A stretch of DNA of 64,000 nt from Candidatus Eiseniibacteriota bacterium. GTDB lineage: Bacteria > Eisenbacteria > RBG-16-71-46. Made by a program: the position numbers and the translations under genes. The notes under the pieces are model-generated. The model saw only the letters and a list, made by a program, of their open reading frames with translations. It did not search any database and was not told the DNA's origin. Shown here one piece after another: positions 19,131 through 31,739 of this stretch. Every line of letters begins with the position of its first letter. The first letter of the stretch is position 1. Location of the stretch: NCBI GenBank assembly GCA_963744995.1, contig CAVUWA010000009.1:519719-583718 (forward strand), written 5' to 3'.

Positions 19131-19420
19131 CCCGTGCGCGCCCGGTGAGCGGTGCGTGCCGTGCCTCGACCCCATCCGCTATCCATGCGCCTTCGAGCGA
19201 TAGTGGTTCGTAGCGCCGCACGCCAACAGAGCCGAGCCGGTCGTCCTGACCGGGGTCCCGCCTGCTTCGCCCTTTGTTTTGCCACGTCAGGACAACCTCC
19301 ACCGCCCGCCGGTCTTTGATGCAGCTCGGTGCGTCTCCGCTGGAATGCAGCGCTCGGACGGGTTTCGGCCGAACCGCAGCGCACGGGAGTTTCCACGTTC
19401 TCCGGAAAGGACGGGTTCGG

Positions 19421-19732
19421 ATGCGCTTCATGATTCAGTTCTCGATTCCCACGCAGTACGGCAATGAGATCGTGCGCTCGGGGAAGATCGGGAAGGTCAT
19501 CAAGAAGGTGGGGGAAGAGTTCAAGCCCGAGGCGATGTACTTCTATCCTGCCGACGGGCTGCGCGCCGGATGCCTGTTCATTCAGTCCGACAATCCGGCG
19601 ATCTGCACCGCCATCGGTGAGCGCCTGTGGTTCGGACTGCAGGCCCACATCACGATCACGCCGGTCATGAACCCCGACGATCTCAATAAGGGCCTGTCGG
19701 ACATGCCCACGGTCCTCGAGAACTACGCCTGA
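19421..19732 (+). CDS. Small dimeric alpha+beta barrel protein (DUF3303/GYD-like)
   Basis: AAAGGA RBS; 'KPEAMYFYPADGLR' and 'PVMNPDDL' patterns. Confidence 0.6.
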   Translation: MRFMIQFSIPTQYGNEIVRSGKIGKVIKKVGEEFKPEAMYFYPADGLRAGCLFIQSDNPAICTAIGERLWFGLQAHITITPVMNPDDLNKGLSDMPTVLENYA

Positions 19733-20061
19733 CCGTTCGTCGCACCGGCCCGCGCATCGTGTGGACCCGTTCCATCCGGTGCGGCGGGTCGGTCCGCGTT
19801 GCAGCGGGCAGCGTTCCGCCGGATCCGACGGCTGGACGTGGGTGTGCCAGCCGGGACGAGAAATCGGCGGCACGGGTTCGGGAGCCGTGCGGCCGGGCGC
19901 CCGGCCCCGGGCCACTCGCGCTCCCCGACGGCAGTGCGCACCCTCAGGACTGCCTCGAGTTCGATCCGGCCGGACAACGGATGAAGCCCATATCGGACGC
20001 GTTCGATTCGACGTATGCTGCGGCGCGGAAGGAGCGGGGTCGGCTCAGGAGGACGACGCTC

Positions 20062-20526
20062 ATGGAGTTCAGGAGTCGAGCGGTACGTAGCCTCGTGGAA
20101 CTGCACGAGCGCGAGATGAATGCATTCCTTCAGACATGGGACCGCTTCGTCGCGGCGGACGCTCCCATGCCCGAAGCCCACGGGGATGACAGTTACAGGA
20201 GCCGGGATCACCTGCTCGGACACCTGCTGATGGCGGCGCGGGGCTACCTGACGAGAATCGGCGAGTGGGTGGGAAGGCCCGTGGAGGATGTCGACGACGC
20301 CACCGACCCCGTCGAAATCGCCGGCCGGGCAAGGCCGTTCGCCGAGGAAGTGCTGAGCGCCTACCGGCGGCATCTGGCACAGATCTCCACCGAGGAGCTC
20401 GAGCCGCAGACCCACCGCGCGCGCTGGGGAGACCTCATGAGCGTGGAGATGCTGCTCGAGCACGCCGTCGTCCATCCCATGCGGCATCGCATTCAGCTCG
20501 AACGAATCCTGGAGCAGACCGGCTGA
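20062..20526 (+). CDS. DinB-like four-helix-bundle protein
   Basis: AGGAGG RBS; 'HLLGHLL' and C-terminal 'LEHAVVHPMRHRIQL'. Confidence 0.65.
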   Translation: MEFRSRAVRSLVELHEREMNAFLQTWDRFVAADAPMPEAHGDDSYRSRDHLLGHLLMAARGYLTRIGEWVGRPVEDVDDATDPVEIAGRARPFAEEVLSAYRRHLAQISTEELEPQTHRARWGDLMSVEMLLEHAVVHPMRHRIQLERILEQTG

Positions 20527-20586
20527 TCCCGTGAGGTCGGGCCGCGGCGGTGTGGCCGCATCACAAGTGCGTTGCAGGCATCTTTC

Positions 20587-20700
20587 GTTGCAGAGCCGAT
20601 CGGCGGCCTCGTCGGCCCCGAGGCGATGCAGTTCGAAGGCTGGCGGCGTTTGCATGCCGAGTATGCGAAGCAGTTCGGCGTGGAAGCCCCGCCCGGCAGT
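20587..20700 (+). pseudogene. Possible 3' remnant of an SRPBCC/AHA1-like gene
   Basis: Frame reads AEPIGGLVGPEAMQFEGWRRLHAEYAKQFGVE, resembling from memory the C-terminus of SRPBCC proteins found upstream of DUF1801 genes; no credible start. Confidence 0.35.
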
Positions 20701-20731
20701 CCACCGTCCTGTCATCGGAGGGAACCAACAG

Positions 20732-21157
20732 ATGAAGCCAGGTCCTCAGCCGGAAGCCGCCTCCGCACGGATCGACGCGAAAATCAGGGAGCTGGGTGAC
20801 TGGCGCGGCAAGACGCTCGCGGAGGTGCGCAAGATCGTTCACGCGGCCGACCCCGGGATCGTCGAGGAGTGGAAGTGGGCGAAAGCCACGAGCCCCGGAA
20901 CTCCGGTCTGGTCCCATGGCGGCATCGTCTGCACGGGCGAGACGTACAAGAGCGTCGTCAAAATGACGTTTGCAAGGGGGGCCGCGCTGCAGGATCCCTC
21001 GGGTCTGTTCAACGCCAGCCTCGACGGCAAGGTCAGGCGCGCGATCGACATCCACGAGGGCGAAAAGATCAATGAGGCGGCCCTGAAAGCGCTCATCCGC
21101 GCCGCGGTGGCGCTGAACCTCGAGGGCGGGACCACCCCGAAACCGCGAAAGAAATAG
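20732..21157 (+). CDS. DUF1801 (YdhG-like) domain protein
   Basis: GGAGG RBS; RIDAKIRELGDWRG, EEWKW, PVWSHGG, DPSGLFNASL, RRAIDI. Confidence 0.85.
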   Translation: MKPGPQPEAASARIDAKIRELGDWRGKTLAEVRKIVHAADPGIVEEWKWAKATSPGTPVWSHGGIVCTGETYKSVVKMTFARGAALQDPSGLFNASLDGKVRRAIDIHEGEKINEAALKALIRAAVALNLEGGTTPKPRKK

Positions 21158-21406
21158 CGGCGGGCCGGACCAGGCGTCGACGCCGTGTGCGCGGCAGCAT
21201 CACGGCGCGGGGCATGCATCCGCCCGGACTCATTCGACGGAACCGCCCGCCGTCATGTCCATCAGGGTACCCTGAGCCGGGCCGACGGCGCGCGGCCGTG
21301 ACCGGGGAGCACGCCGGCCCGGCCCGAACCGCTGAGGCTGAGGCCCGGCCTCGACCGCCGCCCCTCGACCTCGATGCTCCGAAAGCGGGGCCGCCGGTAC
21401 CGCAGG

Positions 21407-24400
21407 CTACGGCACGCAGACCACCCGCCGGGTGAGCGACTTCCGGGTGCCGGTGAGCCGGATGGTGTAGACGCCCGCCGGCACACGACCGCCGCGGTCC
21501 ATGCGACCGTCCCAGGCCAGCGTGTAGCGTCCGGCCTCGACGGACCCCGCCACGAGCGTCCGTACGCGTCTGCCCGAGACGTCGAACACCGACAGCTCCA
21601 CCCGGCCCGCGACAGCGGGCACTTCGAACGACAGCGCCAGCGTGCGGCTGAACGGGTTGGGCGTGGTGGACGTCAGCGCCAGCGCCGCCGGCGGCGCCAG
21701 CCGGTCGGCGTCCACGGTCAGGCCGGTGCTGGCCGGATCGCTCTCGTTGCCGTTGGCATCCACCGCCGTCAGTTTGTAGACGGCGCCCGCCGGCGGCGAG
21801 GCGTCGTTCCACGACAGCGCCGTGGTCGCGTGAACCAGACTGCCCGCGTCCGGCTCGAAATCCTGCGTCACGCCCCTGTAGATGCGGAAGTACTGGAAAT
21901 CCGGCGCACCGCTCGCCTGCCAGCTCAGGTCGATGCTTCCGCCGCTGGCGTTCGCGACGAGGCCCTGCGGGACCCCCGGCGCCAGGTTGTCGATCGAGTA
22001 GCCGCTGTCCACGGGCGAGTCGAAAAACGTGAAGGGATCGCCGGTCACCGAACGCACGAAGAACACGCTCCAGCACAGCGCGGTCGCATTGGAGTCGCAC
22101 AGCGTGGCCACGGTGGTCTGATAGGCGCTGTCGCCGTGCGCGGGCGTATAGAACACGGCGTCCCAGTCGCCGGGCGGCAGGCCGAACATCTTCGGGTTCT
22201 CGCGGCGGATGCCCGCCTCCGTCTGCGCCCTCGCGGACTGTCCGGCATCGACGCGGCGGTACAGCGAGTAGCCCGTGATCGTCGGGCTCCCGCCAGGCAC
22301 GTCGCGCGTGTCGCTGCGCCAGCGTACCCGCACGTCGCGACCCTGATCGCCGGGCACGTCCTTCACGTAACGGATGTACGCGGCCTCGAAGCCCTCGTCG
22401 ATCAGCCCGTCGCAGTCGTCGTCGAGCAGGTTGAGCGACTCGGCCGCGCCGGGGTGGATGGCGGGATTCGTATCGTCGCAGTCGAGGTCGTTCGAGACGT
22501 AGCCGGGCTCGCACGTCGGGACCGCGTCACCCGCATCGCCGAAACCGTCGCCGTCGGCGTCGCGGAAGGCCACCGCGACGTCGTCGATGAGGCTGTTGCA
22601 GTCGTTGTCCACGCCGTCGCACAGCTCTACGGCGCCGGGATGAATGGTGGCATCGCCGTCATCGCAGTCGTCGGCGAACGCCACGTAGCCCGGCGGCGGC
22701 GTGCCGCAGTACTCGACCGGCGTGCCCGCTACATCGCCGTAGCCGTCGCCGTCGAGATCCGGGTAGGCCAGATCCGGGACCACGCCTTCGTCGATGAGCC
22801 CGTCGCAGTCGTTGTCGATCCCGTCGCAGAGCTCGGGGGCGTCGGGATAGATCGTGGGGTCCGAGTCGTCGCAGTCGGCTCCACCGCACGCCGCCGCGGC
22901 GAACCCGTCGCCGTCCGCGTCGGCGCAGTTGGCCACGACCACGACGTCGTCCAGGTTCCAGCCGCTCACCACGTCGCTCAGCGCGCCCAGGTTTTCCGAT
23001 CCGAACCGCACGCTGAAGTTCGCGTTCCGGTACGCCGTCACATCGAGCGAGTAGGGCGTCCAGAACGCGTCGGCGACCGGCGTGACCGCCGGGTTCTCCC
23101 ACAGCAGGATCCAGGTCGCGCCGTTGAACACCTCGACCTGCGTCCTCATGAGGCCCCCGTCGGCCGTGTTGAGCCAGCGCTGAAATGCGAGATCGACACG
23201 CCCCGGGGCGCCGCTCAGGTCGATCGACGGACTGGTGAGGTAATACGGGCCGTGACCCGCGGCCGTCACGTTGCCGCCAATCACGGTGCCCGCGATGCCG
23301 TTGTCGCCCGTCGGCGTGACGTCGGTGGCGGGATCGGGGTTGCCGATGGTCTCGCCGCTGCTCGCCGCCGCCGGACCGATCTGCCACTCCGCGTCCAGCG
23401 TCCAGCCCTGACTGTTGTCCGCGAAGGGCTCGACGAACAGGCTCTCGGGCAGCGGGACCGTCTGCGCCGTCGGGTCCAGCTCGAGCCGGAGCCCCACGAA
23501 CGCGTAGCCGACGACCGTTGCCGGGGGGTTCGGCGCAGTGGAGAGATCGACGTACCCGAACCTGACCGTGTTCCCCACGACGGTATCGGGAACCACGAGA
23601 GTCGTATTCTGAATCATCGCATTTCCCGCGTCGTCATAGATCCAGGCGAATGTCACGGGGTCCGTGCCGGATCGGCGCCGCAGCAGACTGTCCGGCCACG
23701 CCATGTTGGAGATCCTGGCCGTCCACGGCTGGAGCGTGATGGGGTCGGCCAGCCCCGAGCCCTGATCCAGATCGAGCGCGTAGAAGTCCACCTGATCGAC
23801 GCCGTTTCCCATGTCCGTCGTGAAGGTGGCGGCATAGGGGTTCTCCATGTCGTCGATCGGACCCGGAAAGGAGGGAAACGCGAGGTTGAACTCGTCGATC
23901 ACCACGGACGCGCTAGACTCCGCCCCGCCGGGCGAACGAATCTCGAACGTCGCGCTGCTCAGGTGCCCCGGCTGCGGATCGGGCGGATCGGGCACAGTGG
24001 TCCCGGCCAGGGCTCCGATCAACTGGGCGATCTGGTCCGGGCTCTGATACCCGACGGTGATCGCCTGAATCACGCCGGCCGGATCGATCACCACGCCGCT
24101 CGGAACGGCATCGAAGCCGGCGGCCACGAACCATCCGGACACCGGCCCGCTCGAAGAGCCGGCGTCATGCAGAACGGGCACCGTCGTGAGGTTGAACTGC
24201 GTTGCCCAGGCCATGGCCGTCGAGAGGCCGGACGGGCCTCCGCTCGCGGACTGGAACAGCGCGTCCACGTACTGGAACGGTGGCGCGCTGACGTCGTTGT
24301 CGAAGGCGTCCTGCACCGACTGGGCTTCGCTCGCCATGAACTGGCAGGGTCCGCACCATGCGGCGCAGAAGTCGAGGAACACCCACCTGCCCGCGTAGTC

Positions 24401-24574
24401 CGTCAGCGAACGGGTGACGCCGTTCTGGTCCTCCGTGGTGATGGGAGCAGCGGGATCGCCGACCTCGTATCCGACCGCCGCGCTCGACGGGGAGACCAGA
24501 ATCGCGCTGAGAATGGCCACCATCGGCGAAAACGTGATGCGTCGAGCGCTGGATCTCGAGACGAAGCGCGGCAT
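21407..24574 (-). CDS. Secreted multidomain protein: redoxin/TlpA-like domain (WCGPC), MopE-like Cys/Asp-rich repeats, FlgD-like Ig C-terminus
   Basis: GGAGG RBS before ATG 24574; 'VGDPAAPITTEDQNG...VFLDFCAAWCGPC'; three 'DxDGDG[FY]...DCDD...P.A.E..D..DNDC' repeats; C-terminal 'PNPF...VFDVSGRRVRTL...WDGR...PAGVY'. Confidence 0.8.
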   Translation of the reverse strand: MPRFVSRSSARRITFSPMVAILSAILVSPSSAAVGYEVGDPAAPITTEDQNGVTRSLTDYAGRWVFLDFCAAWCGPCQFMASEAQSVQDAFDNDVSAPPFQYVDALFQSASGGPSGLSTAMAWATQFNLTTVPVLHDAGSSSGPVSGWFVAAGFDAVPSGVVIDPAGVIQAITVGYQSPDQIAQLIGALAGTTVPDPPDPQPGHLSSATFEIRSPGGAESSASVVIDEFNLAFPSFPGPIDDMENPYAATFTTDMGNGVDQVDFYALDLDQGSGLADPITLQPWTARISNMAWPDSLLRRRSGTDPVTFAWIYDDAGNAMIQNTTLVVPDTVVGNTVRFGYVDLSTAPNPPATVVGYAFVGLRLELDPTAQTVPLPESLFVEPFADNSQGWTLDAEWQIGPAAASSGETIGNPDPATDVTPTGDNGIAGTVIGGNVTAAGHGPYYLTSPSIDLSGAPGRVDLAFQRWLNTADGGLMRTQVEVFNGATWILLWENPAVTPVADAFWTPYSLDVTAYRNANFSVRFGSENLGALSDVVSGWNLDDVVVVANCADADGDGFAAAACGGADCDDSDPTIYPDAPELCDGIDNDCDGLIDEGVVPDLAYPDLDGDGYGDVAGTPVEYCGTPPPGYVAFADDCDDGDATIHPGAVELCDGVDNDCNSLIDDVAVAFRDADGDGFGDAGDAVPTCEPGYVSNDLDCDDTNPAIHPGAAESLNLLDDDCDGLIDEGFEAAYIRYVKDVPGDQGRDVRVRWRSDTRDVPGGSPTITGYSLYRRVDAGQSARAQTEAGIRRENPKMFGLPPGDWDAVFYTPAHGDSAYQTTVATLCDSNATALCWSVFFVRSVTGDPFTFFDSPVDSGYSIDNLAPGVPQGLVANASGGSIDLSWQASGAPDFQYFRIYRGVTQDFEPDAGSLVHATTALSWNDASPPAGAVYKLTAVDANGNESDPASTGLTVDADRLAPPAALALTSTTPNPFSRTLALSFEVPAVAGRVELSVFDVSGRRVRTLVAGSVEAGRYTLAWDGRMDRGGRVPAGVYTIRLTGTRKSLTRRVVCVP

Positions 24575-24828
24575 GGCGGCCTCCGGCCTGAGGGGCGGGT
24601 GCGGGGCTTGCGAGTCGGCGGTCCTCCTGCCATCAGAAGAGCGCCGTTTTCGCGCCCCGGCCCTCACCTGGAGCCGGGAAGGTCCCGTGCACCGCCCCGG
24701 AGGCCGCCGGCTGCGATCGGGCCTCGGGCGGCGGGAACTCGTGCGGTACCGGCCGGGCGCATGCCTTGCCCGCCGGGTCATCGGCCTCGCGGAATCGATG
24801 CAAGGCGGGAGCGCCAGGTTGACGATCA

Positions 24829-24950
24829 GGTGGATTCCCGGATACCTCTGATGCTCGGCACCCGCCTCGACACGTGCAAAATCGCCGCCCCACCGGAAGG
24901 AGGCGGGGAAGGGGGAGGTGTTTCGCGCCAGAGACCTGCGTGTCGGACGC
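24829..24950 (+). pseudogene. Decayed 5' fragment of a Ser/Thr kinase gene including its promoter motif
   Basis: GGTGGATTCCCGG-ATA-CCT-CTG...GGC ACC CGC CTC...GGG GAG GTG TTT CGC GCC AGA GAC aligns with intact paralogue starts (GTAGATTCCCCGG-ATG-CCG-CTG...GGG GAG GTG TAT CGC GCC CGA GAC). The -10 and ATG are mutated and there is a frameshift. Confidence 0.65.
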
Positions 24951-25180
24951 AGCCGGTTCGGGGAAGCCGAAACGACAGGCCCGCCCAGCAGGGCCTCGGT
25001 CGGGGCCGCTCGATGATCCCGGCGGTGGAGATCTCGGTGGACGTCGTGAAGAAGGGGTGAGGTGTTCAATTCAGGGGGCGAACGGAATGTGCGCAATTGC
25101 AGCGGCGGTTTCATCTGAAGACGTGATTGCGGCCTGCCGTCGGGCCGGTAGCGTCCGGGTCCCCATGCTCCGAGAGTTCG

Positions 25181-26314
25181 ATGCGTCTATCTCAACGGTC
25201 GGATGAGGTCGTGCGAACAGCGAGTCTTCGCTGGCTGGCCTGGACTCTCGTGGTGACCGCGGCGTTCGCGTTCGGGTGCGCGGCGAGTCGTCCGCCCGCG
25301 CGCACTCAGGGATCCACGCCCACGGATCCCAACGCGCTGCCGGCGCCGGCCATGTACCTGACGCTGTGTTCGCACTGCCACGGGCCGGATGCGAAGGGCT
25401 ACGCGGCGGACCAAGCCCCGTCGCTCGTGAACCCGACGTTCCTCGAGAGCGCGAGCGATGCCTACCTGCATCAGTCGATCGCGCACGGGCGGCCCGGCAC
25501 GTCGATGGCGGCGTACGCCATGGCGGCCGGCGGTCCTCTGGATTCGACCGCCATCGATCGGCTGGTCGGATGGATACGCTCGCACGGCCCGCCCGCGCGG
25601 GAGCTCGCCCCGGTCGCCACAGGCGACGCGGCACGCGGCCAGCCCCTGTACGCATCGGCCTGTCAGCGCTGTCATGGCGACGCCCGGACGCGCGGCGATG
25701 ACGTGATGCTCGCGAACCCCGGCTTCCTGGCGGTGGCGAGCGACGCGTTCATCCAGCACGCGATCCTCGAGGGTCGCCCCGGCACCCCTATGGTTTCGTT
25801 CCGTGAGAAGCTCAGCGCCACACAGATCGCGGACATCATCGCCTATTTGCGCTCCCTCGCCGCCCCGGTCGACCACACCCGCCTGCGGGCGCCGACGGGG
25901 CAGGAGCCGCTGTTCGCGTTCCCGCACGGCCGGACGCCGGATTTCAGGATCCGGGCCGACCGCTTCGTCGGCGTGGGGCAGGTCGACACCGCACTCCTGG
26001 AGCACCGCAAGATGGTCATCGTCGACGCGCGGCCCGAATCCGACTGGATGAAGTCGCACATCACCGGCGCGGTCTCGATCCCGTACTACCAGCTGGCGCG
26101 GCTCGAGCAGATCCCGAAAGACGCATGGGTCATCGCCTATTGCGCCTGCCCGCACCACCTCTCGGGCGTGGTCGTCGACTCGCTGCGCGCGCGTGGCTAC
26201 CCGCACGCCTTCGTGCTCGACGAGGGCGTCCAGGAATGGGAGCGTCGCGGCTATCCGATGGTCGCGGCGCCGGGCGCATCGCTCGTGCCGTCGTCAGGGG
26301 CCGCGACCCGGTAG
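25181..26314 (+). CDS. Di-heme cytochrome c fused to a rhodanese-like domain (probable lipoprotein)
   Basis: Lipobox AFAFGC; CSHCH and CQRCH; each heme domain has 'GRPGTxM'; C-terminal 'IVDAR...HITGAVSIP...IAYCACPHH...LDEG...W'. Alternative GTG start at 25211. Confidence 0.85.
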   Translation: MRLSQRSDEVVRTASLRWLAWTLVVTAAFAFGCAASRPPARTQGSTPTDPNALPAPAMYLTLCSHCHGPDAKGYAADQAPSLVNPTFLESASDAYLHQSIAHGRPGTSMAAYAMAAGGPLDSTAIDRLVGWIRSHGPPARELAPVATGDAARGQPLYASACQRCHGDARTRGDDVMLANPGFLAVASDAFIQHAILEGRPGTPMVSFREKLSATQIADIIAYLRSLAAPVDHTRLRAPTGQEPLFAFPHGRTPDFRIRADRFVGVGQVDTALLEHRKMVIVDARPESDWMKSHITGAVSIPYYQLARLEQIPKDAWVIAYCACPHHLSGVVVDSLRARGYPHAFVLDEGVQEWERRGYPMVAAPGASLVPSSGAATR

Positions 26315-26416
26315 AAGCGACCGGCGGCTCCCGTTCGCATCACCACGGGTCCGCGTTGGGACCCGGCCACTCTTGCGAGAGGCGCACCTGGCTCGCACAT
26401 CGAGTAGATTCCCCGG

Positions 26417-29116
26417 ATGCCGCTGACACCCGGTAGCCGCCTTGGCCCCTACGAGATCGTCGCGCCGCTTGGTGCCGGCGGCATGGGGGAGGTGTATCGC
26501 GCCCGAGACCCTCGCCTCGGGCGCGATGTTGCGATCAAGGCGCTCCCCGACGAATTCGCGCGGGACGCCGAGCGCCTCGCGCGCTTCGAGCGCGAGGCCC
26601 GCCTGCTGGCGACGCTCAGCCACCCGAACGTCGCCGGCATTCACGGGGTCGAGGAGGTCGGGGAACACCGCTACCTCGTTCTCGAGTTCGTCGAGGGGGA
26701 GACTCTGGCCGCGCGGATCGACCGCGGCGCGTTGCCCCTGGATGAGGCGCTCGACGTGTGCCGACAGATCGCGGCCGGGGTGGAGGCCGCGCACGAAGCC
26801 GGCATCGTGCATCGCGACCTCAAGCCCGGCAACGTGATGCTCAAGAACGATGGTTCGGTGAAGGTGCTGGACTTCGGGCTCGCCAGGACCGGCGCCGCCG
26901 GCGCCGCGTCGTCCTCGGACCCGAGCCTTTCCGCGTCGCCCACGATGACGGCCGCGGCCACGACCGCCGGGGTCATCCTCGGCACGGCGGCCTACATGAG
27001 CCCCGAGCAGGCGCGCGGGCGGGCGGTGGACAGGCGATCGGACATCTGGTCGTTCGGCTGCGTGCTGTACGAATGCCTGACCGCCCGCCAGGCATTCAGC
27101 GGCGAGACCGTGTCCGACACGATTGCCGCAATCCTCAAGACCGAGGCCGACCTCGGCGCGCTGCCCGCGGACACGCCCGGCCGGGTGCGCGAACTGCTGA
27201 CCCGCTGCCTGTGCAAGGACCCGCACGAGCGCCTGCGCGACATCGGCGAGGCGCGGGTGCTGCTCGGCGCGGTGCGTGCGGGCGGCGACGCCCTGGCCGC
27301 GGCGCCCCCGGCCTCGAGGCGTTCGGTGCCGCTGTGGCTTGCGACGGGGGGCGCACTCGTGCTGGCGACGCTGGCGGTCGTCACTACTCTCGTAGTGAAA
27401 GAGCGACCCGCGCCTCCTCTCCGGAAGCTGGACCTGCTCGCGGACGGCATCGAGCGCGAGTGGTTCGCCGCACCGGTGATATCGCCGGACGGCGGCAAGA
27501 TCGCCTACCTCGCGAATGGGCAGATCTGGATGCGCGATTTGAAACAGCTCGAGCCGCATCCGTTGACCGACGCCGAGGACGTGACGCCGATCTGCTGGTC
27601 GCCCGACTCCCGCGAGCTGGCATTCGGAAACCGACAGAAGCTGTGGAAGGTACCGGTGACCGGCGGGGTCCCCGTGACCCTCTGCGACATCCCGGTGACG
27701 GGCAGGGTCTTCGGAATCGCATGGTCGATGAGGGGGATCATCGCGTTCTCGGTATATCGCGGCGGCATGTACTCGGTCCCCGCTGCCGGCGCCCTCCCCT
27801 CGCTGCTGTTCGATATCGATCCGCAGACGATCGTGGACTTCCATTCCCCGTCGTGGCTGGCCAACGGGGATTTGATGTACACCGTGCACTGGAGCACGCG
27901 CGAGGACAGCGCCGGTTCCCCGCGGTCCGAGCTGGAGGTCCACTCGGCCGGCCGGCGGATTCCGATCGAGACGCGCTTCGTGCGTCGCAACAGCCAGCCG
28001 ACCGTGACCGCTTCGGGCAAGCTCCTCTACCTCCACCCGAACGAGAACGCCGGCATCTGGGCGATCGGCTACGACGAGCGACGGCGCGTCACGACGGGCG
28101 AGCCCTGGCAGGTCGCGATCGGCGCCACCTCGATCAGCGCGTCGAACGACGGCTCGCTGCTGTTCATCAAGGGGAGCGAAGTCGGCGCCCCCGTCGAGCT
28201 CGTCTGGGTGGATCGCGCGGGCAAAGTGCTGGAATCGACGGGACCCGCCTATACGGGCCTCAGCGACGTGGAGTTGTCGCCGGACGGCCGGCGTGTCGCC
28301 TTTTCGGCCGTGCATGACAACACCCGGGACATCTGGGTTCGCGCTCTCGAGCGGGGCATCGACACGCGGATCACGTTCTCCAAGCAGGACGCCATCGGGC
28401 CCCACTGGCTCGGGCCAGATCGCCTGTCCTACCGCCGTCTGCTCGCCGGAGAGCAGAGCCAGATCATGGCCGTGAACGCCGACGGAGCAGGCGCTCCCCT
28501 CGCGCTCGCGCCGTCGACGCAGGGAGGGGAGCAGGAGGTGCAGCTCTCACCAGACGGGACGACGGCACTCCGGAGGGTAGACGATGACGGTCATGGGAGA
28601 CTGCGCATCTCACCGGTACTGGCCGACGGAAGCCTCGGGCCTCCGGTTCCGTTCCTGCACTTCACGCCCGAACCCGCCGTGGCAGGGGTGAGCCTCGCCC
28701 CGAACGGCCGGCTCATCGCGTTCGCCACCGACGATCCCGGCGCCGCCCGCGTGTTCGCGACACGGTTCCCGAGCGGCGAAGGCCAATGGCAGATCAGCTC
28801 GGAGGGCGCGCGCCAGCCATGCTGGGCCCCCGGGTCCGAAACGCTCTACTACGTCGCGGGGAGCGGCTCAGACCCACGCTGGCTGGTCGAAGTAGCCATC
28901 GATCCGTCGCAGGATCCGCCGATCGGACGTTCGACCCGGCTCTTCGAGCTCGACCCGGCCTGGTCGCGGACCACGGCCCAGATGTCCTACGCCGTCGGCG
29001 CCGGGGGGCAGCGCTTCCTGATCACCCGTGAGACGCCCGGAGCCGGCACCCACCCGAGCCGCCTGGTACTGGTCCAGAACTGGGAATCCGAATTCTCGAA
29101 ACAGGATGGCCGCTGA
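26417..29116 (+). CDS. Ser/Thr protein kinase with TM segment and TolB/PD40 beta-propeller repeats
   Basis: Complete kinase motifs; hydrophobic segment; repeated SPDG blades; C-terminal 'VLVQNW'. Confidence 0.92.
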   Translation: MPLTPGSRLGPYEIVAPLGAGGMGEVYRARDPRLGRDVAIKALPDEFARDAERLARFEREARLLATLSHPNVAGIHGVEEVGEHRYLVLEFVEGETLAARIDRGALPLDEALDVCRQIAAGVEAAHEAGIVHRDLKPGNVMLKNDGSVKVLDFGLARTGAAGAASSSDPSLSASPTMTAAATTAGVILGTAAYMSPEQARGRAVDRRSDIWSFGCVLYECLTARQAFSGETVSDTIAAILKTEADLGALPADTPGRVRELLTRCLCKDPHERLRDIGEARVLLGAVRAGGDALAAAPPASRRSVPLWLATGGALVLATLAVVTTLVVKERPAPPLRKLDLLADGIEREWFAAPVISPDGGKIAYLANGQIWMRDLKQLEPHPLTDAEDVTPICWSPDSRELAFGNRQKLWKVPVTGGVPVTLCDIPVTGRVFGIAWSMRGIIAFSVYRGGMYSVPAAGALPSLLFDIDPQTIVDFHSPSWLANGDLMYTVHWSTREDSAGSPRSELEVHSAGRRIPIETRFVRRNSQPTVTASGKLLYLHPNENAGIWAIGYDERRRVTTGEPWQVAIGATSISASNDGSLLFIKGSEVGAPVELVWVDRAGKVLESTGPAYTGLSDVELSPDGRRVAFSAVHDNTRDIWVRALERGIDTRITFSKQDAIGPHWLGPDRLSYRRLLAGEQSQIMAVNADGAGAPLALAPSTQGGEQEVQLSPDGTTALRRVDDDGHGRLRISPVLADGSLGPPVPFLHFTPEPAVAGVSLAPNGRLIAFATDDPGAARVFATRFPSGEGQWQISSEGARQPCWAPGSETLYYVAGSGSDPRWLVEVAIDPSQDPPIGRSTRLFELDPAWSRTTAQMSYAVGAGGQRFLITRETPGAGTHPSRLVLVQNWESEFSKQDGR

Positions 29117-29338
29117 GGGTGACGCTCGGCGGGCTGCAGCTTCCCGCGCGACGCGCCGGGGCACGAATTCGAAAGTCGGTGGCAGTCGTTTCGGAACGCA
29201 CTGTGGCTCGCCGCTCAGATGGATGCAGCGCCAGTCTTCGAGCGGTCCGCTCCTGCCCCTAGGTGCCCGTCCGAAACCGCGGCTGTCCACTCCATTCGAT
29301 GGCCTCCGCGTCGACCGCCCCTGAGGTAGATTCCCCGG

Positions 29339-31729
<2,391 letters not shown>

Positions 31730-31739
31730 ATTCCACAGG

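Noticed and set aside
21374..25060. Very long antisense or off-frame ORFs (e.g. 21374-25060 +, 35160-38624 +, 11315-14164 -, 28868-31141 -, 54544-56721 +)
   Set aside because: Shadow frames of real high-GC genes; Arg/Ala/Gly-rich with no motifs. Only the last 73 codons of 35160-38624 look like a real gene.
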